Below the pieces are notes generated by a model. That model ran no database searches, was not told where the DNA came from, and was given only the letters and a program-made list of their open reading frames with translations. A stretch of DNA of 52,380 nucleotides from Promethearchaeota archaeon (GTDB taxonomy: Archaea > Asgardarchaeota > Lokiarchaeia > Sigyniarchaeales > SOKP01), in NCBI GenBank assembly GCA_048937405.1, contig JBHLNF010000017.1, positions 1-52,380 of the forward strand. The letters are read 5' to 3'. Numbering within the stretch: position 1 is the first letter of the stretch; the number at the start of each line of letters is the position of its first letter. The translations under genes and the position numbers were made by a program. Below, one piece after another: positions 38,559-47,773 of the stretch.

Positions 38559-39749
38559 TTATCTTTGAATTAGTTGAATACATTCTTGAAAAAAATGTGA
38601 TCCGTTAGATTTATAAAAATTCTTATTATGATCTTGAAGTGAAATATTTTCGATACTTAATTTGTGTTTACGTCTTGAATCCATCAAATCCACAAAAGCC
38701 TCTAAGCGAGTACGCATTCCTTCTTGTCCTGAATGCTCATCAAATGAAAAATATATAACTGGAAGATCATATTTTTTTTTTAATTTGTTTGTAATAATGG
38801 TTCGGGCAGTTACCTCGGGCATACAGGTGAAAGGGTATGAATGAACAAATCCTAGCATTCCAGATTGAGCAGCATGAATATAACTTCCAATAACCCAAAT
38901 TGCCTCCCCTCCAATGTCCATAGAAATATAAGGTTTTGCTAGATGTTCTAACCATTTTCGATGGTAATTCAAATGAAATTTATGGACGATCCAATCATAC
39001 AAACTTAGAAATTGATGTATTTCAACCCCCATTTCTCCGAGTTTGCGTCTTATATCCACATTGACATATGGCTCTAAACTTATATGGATTTCACCAGATA
39101 ACATAACCTTCAAGGGAACTCTTGACTTATCAACATCAATCTTATTAAAATCTTCTTTAATGACTTTTTTAAAATTTCGAAGTTCTTTTAGTGTATTAGC
39201 TTGATCAAGTTTATTCAATACGCTATTTAATACATCAGTAGTGTCTCCCTGATTTCTCTCATATGCACGGAATAATCCTTCAGCGGTTTGAATATCATGC
39301 AATAATTTTGCTTTTTTTAGGAAAATAATTACAGCTTTCATGAATCGAGGATAAGAAAAAAGACCACTTTTACCACTAACCTCCTGAAGAGTCTGAACCC
39401 AGTGAAATTCAAGTAAATCTGCTTGATCTAAAGGAATTACTCTCACGTGTTTGTAACCCATATCATGTAAAAGGCGTTCTTGTACAGCATGATAAAACCC
39501 AAAACGACAAGGTCCACAATCTATAGCCATTACTAAAGTATCAGCACCTTTTTTAATAGCATTTACAAAGTCTCCTAGTGTTGCTTTAAATGGGAAACAT
39601 ACAAATTCTGGGCTGTATTTAACACCAACTTTAATAGCTTCTCTATTAGTAGGGTCAGGTATGATTACTTGTATTGATGGATCCAATTGCTCAAATAATG
39701 TTTTGAAAGCTACCCAATTTGGACCCATGTTCGGGAATGAGAGAATCAT
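38559..39749 (-). CDS. DUF2229 / 2-hydroxyacyl-CoA dehydratase-like reductase subunit (PlsR-like)
   Basis: SFPNMG, SPEFVCFPFK..LG, GPCRFGFY, GEI, PFTCMPE, FDEHSGQEGMRTRLEAF. Confidence 0.85.
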   Translation of the reverse strand: MILSFPNMGPNWVAFKTLFEQLDPSIQVIIPDPTNREAIKVGVKYSPEFVCFPFKATLGDFVNAIKKGADTLVMAIDCGPCRFGFYHAVQERLLHDMGYKHVRVIPLDQADLLEFHWVQTLQEVSGKSGLFSYPRFMKAVIIFLKKAKLLHDIQTAEGLFRAYERNQGDTTDVLNSVLNKLDQANTLKELRNFKKVIKEDFNKIDVDKSRVPLKVMLSGEIHISLEPYVNVDIRRKLGEMGVEIHQFLSLYDWIVHKFHLNYHRKWLEHLAKPYISMDIGGEAIWVIGSYIHAAQSGMLGFVHSYPFTCMPEVTARTIITNKLKKKYDLPVIYFSFDEHSGQEGMRTRLEAFVDLMDSRRKHKLSIENISLQDHNKNFYKSNGSHFFQECIQLIQR

Positions 39750-39966
39750 ATACCCTTGAACTCCTTAAATCTAATTATTTTCTACTGTTGTAATTAAAAA
39801 TGATTAAGATTGATGTTTATTTAAATAAACTTTTGTTTAAATAACAAAACAAATAATAAAAATATACCCATTATGAACAAATTATCAAAAGTATGATTGT
39901 CCTTATTAAAAATCTTAGTTTTGGTTAATAAATTTCAACTATAATAATCCAATTTAATTAAGAATT

Positions 39967-40515
39967 TCATATCTTTTTAAGTTCGAAACCACAATCTTCA
40001 CAAATAACTTGAGATGCATCCGTCGTTGTTTTTCCACAATAAGTACATTGGCGGTAAAGTACTTTTTTTGGTTGTTGAACTTCAGTTTTTACAACCTTTT
40101 TAGGAAATGGAGATATTATTGTTTCAAATTTAGCCTTTAAGCCTGCACTGTGAGTTCTAACTTCAACATTGTAGTTCCCATCTGAAATATTCATCCTATT
40201 AGGAACAATTAGTGTTAGCTTATCTCCAATCTTTAATGATTTATTGTAAATTTCTGATAGATATAAATTAGGATAAAATAATTCATTTAGTTTCACATCA
40301 AAATCGTTTGGATACTCTTTAAAATCATAAATGCTAGTATTATCTATTTTGATGATTAAATCTTCAAGGAGATCTTTTACGATTCCCTTTTGTGTTAAAG
40401 AAGGAAAAGTTATCTCTAAAAAGTCACCTACAATAGAAATATTTACCAAACGTTTAGCGAACAAGCTTGGTAATTTTTTAATCTTACTTTTTATGTTATC
40501 AACAAACTTAGGCAT
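39967..40515 (-). CDS. Hypothetical protein with C-terminal zinc ribbon
   Basis: CTYCG...CEDCG at the C-terminus. Confidence 0.7.
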   Translation of the reverse strand: MPKFVDNIKSKIKKLPSLFAKRLVNISIVGDFLEITFPSLTQKGIVKDLLEDLIIKIDNTSIYDFKEYPNDFDVKLNELFYPNLYLSEIYNKSLKIGDKLTLIVPNRMNISDGNYNVEVRTHSAGLKAKFETIISPFPKKVVKTEVQQPKKVLYRQCTYCGKTTTDASQVICEDCGFELKKI

Positions 40516-40567
40516 ATCAAAGTCCAGTTCGATAATTTGTAAAATTTATCTAATATCTGATTATTTT

Positions 40568-40951
40568 TTAATTAATTCTGACTGATAAAATCTGGGGTAA
40601 TCTAAAAAAAAGAAAACCTGCTATGATTGCTATGGTAATACTTAATAAAACAATTATAAACACCAATAGGGTTTGTACTTGAAGTGCAGCTGAATATTTC
40701 GCGAGTGCTTCATAATAAAGTTTTTCTCCTTCAATAATATCTTGTCCTAATCCTCCGGTAACTTCCCAAAAAGTGATTTTTTCAACCCATTTTCTATTTT
40801 CATTTATGATATTTTTCTGTTCAGCCATTATTTCTTTTTGTTTAAACGATTCAAATGAGCATAAGAATATGAATACACCAGAAAGGATTATTATCATAAT
40901 TCCTATTCCTAAAATAGGAAGGTTTTGTTCTTTTTCTCTCAAATAATTCAA
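40568..40951 (-). CDS. Hypothetical two-TM membrane protein
   Basis: Two hydrophobic helices flanking a soluble loop. Confidence 0.6.
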   Translation of the reverse strand: MNYLREKEQNLPILGIGIMIIILSGVFIFLCSFESFKQKEIMAEQKNIINENRKWVEKITFWEVTGGLGQDIIEGEKLYYEALAKYSAALQVQTLLVFIIVLLSITIAIIAGFLFFRLPQILSVRIN

Positions 40952-41191
40952 TCAATTTTTAATATAATTAAATCCTAATCAAAGATTATTCTATTTTCTT
41001 ATTTAAGTTTTTTTGAATAATATTATGAAAAAAAAACAATATATATAGAACTGATTTTTAAAATGTATCAATCTATAGTAATTACTATAATATAGAAGTA
41101 AGAAATTTTTTGAAATAACATAAAAATAAGTAAGTAATTTCAATAATTCTAAACTTCTACTTGTATATAATAGTTAAGGGTAATATGGTTT

Positions 41192-41569
41192 ATGAGTAAA
41201 ATTCAAGAACTTAAAAAGATATTCCAAGATCTTGAGGTTAAAGTATTTGACATAATGGGTTCTACAGTTATACGAACCAATGGATTAGTAATTGTTTCTG
41301 CCTTACCTGGTAAAACTAATGAAAGAATATTAAGGGACTTTATAATTAATTATGATGATTCAATTCTATTTTATAGGTAAATTATGCAAAATATTGTGTA
41401 TTTTGTTATATTCTATAATAAAAGCAATCTCTTAACTATTAAGCAATGGATTTATAATAAAGGAGAAATCTTAAAGAATTACTTCACGATTAAGAACTTT
41501 ATTATATTTCTAATTTATCTACTTTTTTTATTACAAACTTTTTTATTCAAATTTTTGCACTATTTATAA
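41192..41569 (+). pseudogene. Disrupted roadblock/LC7-domain gene
   Basis: N-terminal half IMGSTVIRTNGLVIVSALP...ER is typical roadblock. An in-frame TAA at 41378 is followed in the same frame by roadblock-like strands (IMQNIVYFVIF...NLL.IK). The long central helix appears to be missing. Confidence 0.55.
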
Positions 41570-41614
41570 AGATTAAACATATATGAGAATAATAAAACAA
41601 ATGATGGAAAAATT

Positions 41615-43096
41615 TTGAGTTCTAAACAGAAAAAGGAGAATAAAAAAGACAAAAAACAAAAACTCAAAAAAAACGAGATAATCATAAAAGAGGAAGATAT
41701 GGAAGATCAACAGAATTCAAGCAAAGGTAACATTTTTTCTATGCTTGATGAAATTGACGTAGCCATTAAAAAAGAGAGTAGAAAAACTGAAGAAACATTA
41801 AAAAAAGGTTTGATAGAGCGAAAACAAGAAGAAAAAAGAGAAGAAATTAAAACTAAAGAAATAAAGATTAGTGAAATAAAAAATAAAATTGAATCATTGA
41901 AGGATATTAAACAAGAATATTATGATAATGGAAATAATGAAAAAACTATAGAAATAAGTGAAAAAATAATAAGTCTTGCTAAAGAATATGATTTATTATT
42001 TATAGCATCTGAGGAAAGACTTTTTCTCGAACAATTAGAAAAAAAAATAAAAAAACCACAAAAAATTACTATTGATGAACAAATTGATAATCTAAAGAAG
42101 GTTAGACATGCACATTATATTCGAGAAAAATATGAAAAAGCAATTGAAGTATCTAAAAAAATAATCAACTTAGCAAATAGTGAAAATCTAAAAACCATCA
42201 TTTCAGAAGAAGAAAAGTTTATATCCTTAATAGAAGATAAAATAGAAGCAAAAACTTCCAAAACTAAATTCATTGAAACATTAAAAGTAAAAGATGTTCA
42301 AGAGAACCGGATGGAACAAAAGATCGTAGAAGATAAAATAAATATTGAGTCAAATATTAGTAAAGATTTTGTAAAAAATGAGATCGGAGAAGAAAAGAAA
42401 AACTCTGAAGAAACAAAGTTGAAACTTATAGAAGTGGAAATGGGAATTAAAGACAGAATATCGAACTTTGAAAAAGAAAGACAAAAATTCGAGGATGAAA
42501 TATTGAAATTTGAAGAGGAAAAAAAGAAAATTCAAGAGGAAAAGCGAAAATTCAATGAAGAAAAAGAAGCATTTAAATGGGAAAAACAAATGCTTGAAGT
42601 AGCAAAAGAAAAACTTAAGCAAGTTGAATTTAATCAAGACACAACTAATAAAGGAATAATAGAGGATTCGGAGATTAAGAAAATTGAAGAAATTGAATTG
42701 GATAAGAATGAAAAATTAAAAATTAATGAGCAAAAAGGGCAGCTCGAACGGGAAAAAAAACAATTTCTTGAGTTGGGAGACAAATTAAAGCAATTAAGAA
42801 AGAAATTTGAGGAAGAAAAGTGGAAATTTGAAGAAATAAAACAAAAATTCAGTGAGGAAAAAGAAATCTTTTCTAAGGAAAAGCAGGATTTTGAAGAAGA
42901 AAAAGAATATTTTAACAAGAAGAATATCGAATTTGAAGAACAAAAAAAAATCTTTGAAGAAAACTGGTTAAAATTTGAAATAGAAAAAGATAAGTTAAAA
43001 TTAGAAAAGCAAAAATTTGAAGAAGAAAAAGAAATATTTAATTGGGAAAAACAAATGTTTGAAGAATTGAAAAATTATGAGAAAGGAAACGAATAA
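41615..43096 (+). CDS. Charged coiled-coil protein with two TPR-like repeats and FEEEK heptad repeats
   Basis: Duplicated I..LK....Y.....EK.IE.S.KII.LA......I.SEE..F unit; Phe every 7 residues; two WEKQM motifs. Confidence 0.75.
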   Translation: MSSKQKKENKKDKKQKLKKNEIIIKEEDMEDQQNSSKGNIFSMLDEIDVAIKKESRKTEETLKKGLIERKQEEKREEIKTKEIKISEIKNKIESLKDIKQEYYDNGNNEKTIEISEKIISLAKEYDLLFIASEERLFLEQLEKKIKKPQKITIDEQIDNLKKVRHAHYIREKYEKAIEVSKKIINLANSENLKTIISEEEKFISLIEDKIEAKTSKTKFIETLKVKDVQENRMEQKIVEDKINIESNISKDFVKNEIGEEKKNSEETKLKLIEVEMGIKDRISNFEKERQKFEDEILKFEEEKKKIQEEKRKFNEEKEAFKWEKQMLEVAKEKLKQVEFNQDTTNKGIIEDSEIKKIEEIELDKNEKLKINEQKGQLEREKKQFLELGDKLKQLRKKFEEEKWKFEEIKQKFSEEKEIFSKEKQDFEEEKEYFNKKNIEFEEQKKIFEENWLKFEIEKDKLKLEKQKFEEEKEIFNWEKQMFEELKNYEKGNE

Positions 43097-43161
43097 CTTA
43101 TTTTAAAGAATATTTTGCTGACATCCTTATCTTTAAAGAAAGTTAATTAACGCACTCCTTT

Positions 43162-43437
43162 TTATTCTCTAATCCTTTTCAATTCAATTTTTACAGCATT
43201 ACTTTTATCAGGACATTCCCATTCTACAATATCTGGATCATTCCCCCAAGATTCTGGAAATGAACCTCCAAACTGAAGCATGATAATATATGGAAAAATA
43301 TCATGATAAAAAAATCCACATAGTCCTCCTGAATCATGACCTTCTAATTTGAATTTATCTCCTATTTTGTGACCTGCATTACAATGGCCTTTTATCTTCT
43401 TAATAGTTCCAACAATTCGATATCCTGTTTTTGGCAC
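43162..43437 (-). CDS. TIGR04076-family small Cys-containing protein
   Basis: KGHCNAGHKIGD.F, GLC..F.H.IFP, CPD....V..EL.R. Confidence 0.8.
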   Translation of the reverse strand: MPKTGYRIVGTIKKIKGHCNAGHKIGDKFKLEGHDSGGLCGFFYHDIFPYIIMLQFGGSFPESWGNDPDIVEWECPDKSNAVKIELKRIRE

Positions 43438-43550
43438 AATTATAACCTATATAATCTTTAATTTTAAATTTTTTAATAATTAATTATATTTATTGTCTAA
43501 TTTGTATTTAATTTAAATAATAATGACTTTTTATACAAAATGGCGATTTT

Positions 43551-45044
43551 TTGACTAGTCTTATCAATTTGGGACAGCCCCATGAATTTTGGAAGTATTT
43601 TTATCAGATATCCAAAATCCCGAGATGTTCAAAACAAGAAGAAAAAATTAGAAATTTCATTAAAACGGAAGCGGAAAAATTTGGATTTGAGTATAAAATT
43701 GATAAAGTAGGAAATATTGTAGTAAAAATTCAAGCTAATGATCAAAAATTAAAATGTATTTTACAGAGCCATATGGATATGGTTTGTGAGAAAAATGAAG
43801 CAACGATACATGATTTTTCAAAAGATCCATTAAAGTTAAAAATTATTGATATTGAAGATGAAAAATGGATTACAGCTGAAGGAACAACATTAGGTGCTGA
43901 TAATGGAGTAGGTGTGTGCTATTCATTAACTATAATGAAAAAAATTTATCAGAATAAATTAAAGTTTAATTCATTAGGATTAGATCTATTATTCACTGTT
44001 CGTGAAGAATATGATATGGCTGGAGCACAAAATGTGAATTTAGACCTAGTTAATGGGAATTATTTAATTAATCTCGATTCAGCTCGACAAGCATTGACAA
44101 TAGGCTGTGCTGGGGCTATTGGATTTCATACTAAGATTAACGGTAAAAGTACATCAATAAATCAAGATCAATTAAATCTAATCCCTATAAATATTTCCAT
44201 TACTGGATTAGTTGGCGGACATTCAGGAGGATGCAATAAGGGTCAAGCACATGCAATTCTTATTTTAAGCCAAATTCTTTGGAATTTGAATAATAAATTT
44301 CAAATTTATATAAATAAAATACATGGAGGGGATGCGGCAAACGCTATTCCTAGAGAAGCAAATTCAATTTTATTTGTTAAGCAGAACCATTTTGAAGAAG
44401 TAAAAATCTATATTCGTGAAATTTTTAGAGAAATTAAAATTCTCTTTGATGGAATTGAAAAAGATATGAAAATTAGTATAAAGAAATTAGATGGATTCTC
44501 AAATAATAAGGTCTTTTCCAAAAGGGTTCAAGATAAATTACTAAATCTTTTATATATTTTTCCTAATGGTCCTATTGCTTTTCATCCAAAGATAAAAGAT
44601 TTGATGTATACTTCAACAAATTTAGGAAAGATAAGAACTAAAGATGATTATATTAAACTTAGATGGCTTCACAGAAGCTTGAGTGAGTATTATAACAATG
44701 ATATTTACGAACAAATTTTAAGATTATTAGAATTATCTGGTCTTGAGAAAGAAAATACATTTCGCAATAGTTATCCTCCATGGGAACCAGATTTTGATTC
44801 AAAACTCCTGAAAATTGCTCAAGACAGTTATAGGGAATTATTTGAAGAAAATATAGATTTTAAAATAATTCATGGAGGTTTGGAAGCTACACTATTAATA
44901 AATAAAATTCCTGAAATTGAGGCAATTGCCATTGGACCTCACTTAGAAAAACTTCACTCTCCAGATGAATGTCTACAAGTTAAATCCGTTGAAAAAACTT
45001 GGAATTTTCTAAATTATTTACTTAAAAGAATTGATAAATGTTAG
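43551..45044 (+). CDS. pepD: Aminoacyl-histidine dipeptidase (peptidase M20C)
   Basis: IPR.S..E, LQSHMDMVCEK, GTTLGADNG, TVREE, INLDS, GGHSG, NAIPREA, IHGGLE, HSPDE. Confidence 0.92.
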   Translation: MTSLINLGQPHEFWKYFYQISKIPRCSKQEEKIRNFIKTEAEKFGFEYKIDKVGNIVVKIQANDQKLKCILQSHMDMVCEKNEATIHDFSKDPLKLKIIDIEDEKWITAEGTTLGADNGVGVCYSLTIMKKIYQNKLKFNSLGLDLLFTVREEYDMAGAQNVNLDLVNGNYLINLDSARQALTIGCAGAIGFHTKINGKSTSINQDQLNLIPINISITGLVGGHSGGCNKGQAHAILILSQILWNLNNKFQIYINKIHGGDAANAIPREANSILFVKQNHFEEVKIYIREIFREIKILFDGIEKDMKISIKKLDGFSNNKVFSKRVQDKLLNLLYIFPNGPIAFHPKIKDLMYTSTNLGKIRTKDDYIKLRWLHRSLSEYYNNDIYEQILRLLELSGLEKENTFRNSYPPWEPDFDSKLLKIAQDSYRELFEENIDFKIIHGGLEATLLINKIPEIEAIAIGPHLEKLHSPDECLQVKSVEKTWNFLNYLLKRIDKC

Positions 45045-45051
45045 AGATAAA

Positions 45052-45780
45052 ATGATGCAAAATAGTTCCAAAATTGCTATAATTTCAGATATTCATGCAA
45101 ACAAATATGCTTTAGAAAAATTTCTTAAATACATCGAAGAAAATTTTAAGGCGGATAAAATCTTAAATTTAGGAGATTTTGTTCACATTGGACCACACCC
45201 AAAAGAAGTGGCACAAATAATATTTAATGATAGACGATTTGAAAATATAATTGGAAATAATGAAATGATTTTATTAGATAAATATAAACCAAATCAAGGA
45301 TCAGAACATCATACCAAATGGACAAGAGATCAGCTTGGAGATATATTTCTTGAAAAAATTCAAAAAACTCCAACTTCAAAAACACTGACAATCAATGGGG
45401 AAAAAGTTTTAATGCTTCATTCACATTTTTACGATACTCCAGGACGTTCTATTCAGGATAATCTCTTGATTTATGAAGGAAAAACATTAAACGAATTTCT
45501 AGATGACTATCCTAGGGAAGTTAGAATTGTTTTAGTTGGTCATTCACATGAACAATTATACATCTCATGGAAAGGGAAAATCATCATAAATCCTGGTTCA
45601 CTCAGTATTACTTGGAAACCAATAATTTCATTTTGTCTAATGGAAATCGATACTTCAAATAATATAAATTTAGAATTTAAAAACATATCTTATGATGCTT
45701 CAAAATTAAAAGATGATTATAAGCTGCGAAATGTTCCAGAAAAAGATTTTATAGTCAAATATTTTTATCCGTTTCTCTAA
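45052..45780 (+). CDS. Calcineurin-like metallophosphoesterase (YfcE-like)
   Basis: ISDIHAN, LGDFV..G, GNNE, H, VGHSH, NPGS. ATG 45052 preferred over the overlapping TTG 45031. Confidence 0.9.
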   Translation: MMQNSSKIAIISDIHANKYALEKFLKYIEENFKADKILNLGDFVHIGPHPKEVAQIIFNDRRFENIIGNNEMILLDKYKPNQGSEHHTKWTRDQLGDIFLEKIQKTPTSKTLTINGEKVLMLHSHFYDTPGRSIQDNLLIYEGKTLNEFLDDYPREVRIVLVGHSHEQLYISWKGKIIINPGSLSITWKPIISFCLMEIDTSNNINLEFKNISYDASKLKDDYKLRNVPEKDFIVKYFYPFL

Positions 45781-45820
45781 AAGTAAAAGATTTTTTTTTA
45801 TTCTAATTCTCTAAATTAAT

Positions 45821-46327
45821 ATGGAAATCAAAGAACGAGAATTAATTTCTTTTAAAGAAAGAAAATTCCCAAAAGAAATATGTTTTAAACCAATTGGAAT
45901 TATTCATACTCCATTCAAAACTCTTAAAAGTATCCCTATTCAGTCAGTAATGTCCAATCAACAGGGGACTATTGAAATTTTTCATAAATTTAAATCAAGT
46001 TTAAAAGATCTATTAGGATTTTCCCATATTTACAGTTTATATTTTTTTGATATGGTGAAATTACCTGTTCCACTTCAATCCAAACCCTTTTTGGATAATG
46101 ATGTAAAAGGGGTATTTGCTACTCGGACACCTTTTCGTCCGAATCCAATAGGTATTTCGATTCTAAAGATTTTAGATATTAAAGAGAATATAATTGAAGT
46201 AAATAATGTGGATATCCTCGATGGAACTCCGATTTTGGACTTGAAACCCTATATTCCTCAATTTGATAATGTAAAAACTAAAAAAATTGGTTGGTTGAAA
46301 GGAAAAATTAAGTATAAAGTAAGTTAA
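45821..46327 (+). CDS. trmO: tRNA (t6A37)-N6-methyltransferase TrmO/TsaA
   Basis: KPIG.I.TPF, GFSH, GVFATRTPFRPNPIG, D.LDGTP.LD.KPY. Confidence 0.92.
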   Translation: MEIKERELISFKERKFPKEICFKPIGIIHTPFKTLKSIPIQSVMSNQQGTIEIFHKFKSSLKDLLGFSHIYSLYFFDMVKLPVPLQSKPFLDNDVKGVFATRTPFRPNPIGISILKILDIKENIIEVNNVDILDGTPILDLKPYIPQFDNVKTKKIGWLKGKIKYKVS

Positions 46328-46355
46328 AAGACCGATTTGAGTTTGACATCATCTT

Positions 46356-47771
46356 TCAAATCTCTTTAATAAAAAGAGTATTTTTCTCATTGCGAAGCCT
46401 TTTTGCTTGAATAGCAATGGTTTCAAGAAGCCTACGTTGATTTGTTGATATCCAAGGACCTTCACAATCAATTGCGGCATAAGCTATCTCACTTTTATTT
46501 GCTAGAGGGCGAATAATAGCTTGGGAGTTCATAGCTGGTTGACAATTGAAAGTTCCTAAATTAATCAAACCATCATAAATGCCCTCTTTAACAGAATGCA
46601 AAAATCTTCCAGTAATTAATGGAGTTTCTGTGCAACTGTTTAGAGAGACATATTTATTTCCCTCATTAAAGAGATCGACAATATCTATAAAAGGATCAAA
46701 TAATAATTTTGATTTTCTCATTAGCTTTCTGAACATCTTTAGTTGCGAAATTAAAAATTTGAAATTATTCTTATTTCTTTTTACTCGAATTACTTCTTTT
46801 CGCTCAATTTCATTTAAACCATCAGTTTTAAGTACTTCTTCTTTAAATTGATCTTTTGGATTGATGTATCCTTTTTTAAACCCAAACCTGATAGTACTTT
46901 CAGCTAATATTAAACTCATAGTTTCCACAATATCTACGACTTTTGTAATAATTCCTCTCTCAAGGAAAAATTCTTCAACTGGATAATGATCAAACATCAA
47001 ATTTAAACCACCAAAAATTAAGACCTTCGGTGTTTTTTCAACTGTTGATTTAAGAGGGATTTTACTAAGTTCTCTCGCCCATTTTAATAAAGAAGTGTTT
47101 ATTGTCTTCCTTCCTTCTCTTATGTTTTCAAAAAGACTATTTGTTAATTCTTCAAATTTTTCTAAAGCTTCAATTTTACTTTCAGCAATACATTCTAAAG
47201 CATTTCTAGCTTCAGTTATGTATTCTCCTAATATAAAAAATATATTTTCCCATGCTATTAAATCAGAATTTAATCCCAAGAATTTATTAGTATATTTTGG
47301 GAAGGCACCAAAAATTGCATTATTTAAATTCAATCTTTTTGCGAATGTTTCCCAAAGAACTGGCCATGCCCCATTTTGACATGGTCCGTGTTGATCTATA
47401 GGAATTCGATAAATTGATATTTCATTTTCTTTTCTATATTCATTAATATCCTTTAAAACTGCTCCTGCTATAGCAAAACTCGGAAGGCATTCTCGTCCAG
47501 AACAGATATTTTTAGCATATTGCATAATTGAAGCATCAGTTTCTTTGCCTATTCTTATATTTTTTTTATATTTTTTAAACAAATCTATCACAAGTCGCCT
47601 TCCGTAAGAATTCCGAGCTTCTGGGTTGATATATACTATTCTTGGATCATCAAGTTCTACTCTATCACCATTACTGTCAATAATAAAACTGTAATCATCT
47701 GAGAATCTCGCTTGTTTAAACTTATTTATTTCTTCGTCCTTAATTCCCTCTATTTGTTCTATTTTAGTCAT
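46356..47771 (-). CDS. PlsR-like DUF2229/dehydratase-reductase partner subunit
   Basis: CSGRECLP, GPCQNG, FNCQPA, IDCEG...LETIA; starts 2 nt after the upstream stop. Confidence 0.8.
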   Translation of the reverse strand: MTKIEQIEGIKDEEINKFKQARFSDDYSFIIDSNGDRVELDDPRIVYINPEARNSYGRRLVIDLFKKYKKNIRIGKETDASIMQYAKNICSGRECLPSFAIAGAVLKDINEYRKENEISIYRIPIDQHGPCQNGAWPVLWETFAKRLNLNNAIFGAFPKYTNKFLGLNSDLIAWENIFFILGEYITEARNALECIAESKIEALEKFEELTNSLFENIREGRKTINTSLLKWARELSKIPLKSTVEKTPKVLIFGGLNLMFDHYPVEEFFLERGIITKVVDIVETMSLILAESTIRFGFKKGYINPKDQFKEEVLKTDGLNEIERKEVIRVKRNKNNFKFLISQLKMFRKLMRKSKLLFDPFIDIVDLFNEGNKYVSLNSCTETPLITGRFLHSVKEGIYDGLINLGTFNCQPAMNSQAIIRPLANKSEIAYAAIDCEGPWISTNQRRLLETIAIQAKRLRNEKNTLFIKEI

Positions 47772-47773
47772 TT

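Noticed and set aside
41378-41380. Stop-codon recoding in the roadblock gene
   Set aside because: The codon is TAA (not a Sec or Pyl codon), TAA ends most genes here, and the gene also appears internally deleted.
42470-43070. CRISPR array or DNA tandem repeat
   Set aside because: The recurring tttgaagaagaaaaa units reflect the protein's FEEEK heptads; there is no repeat-spacer structure and no cas gene in the window.
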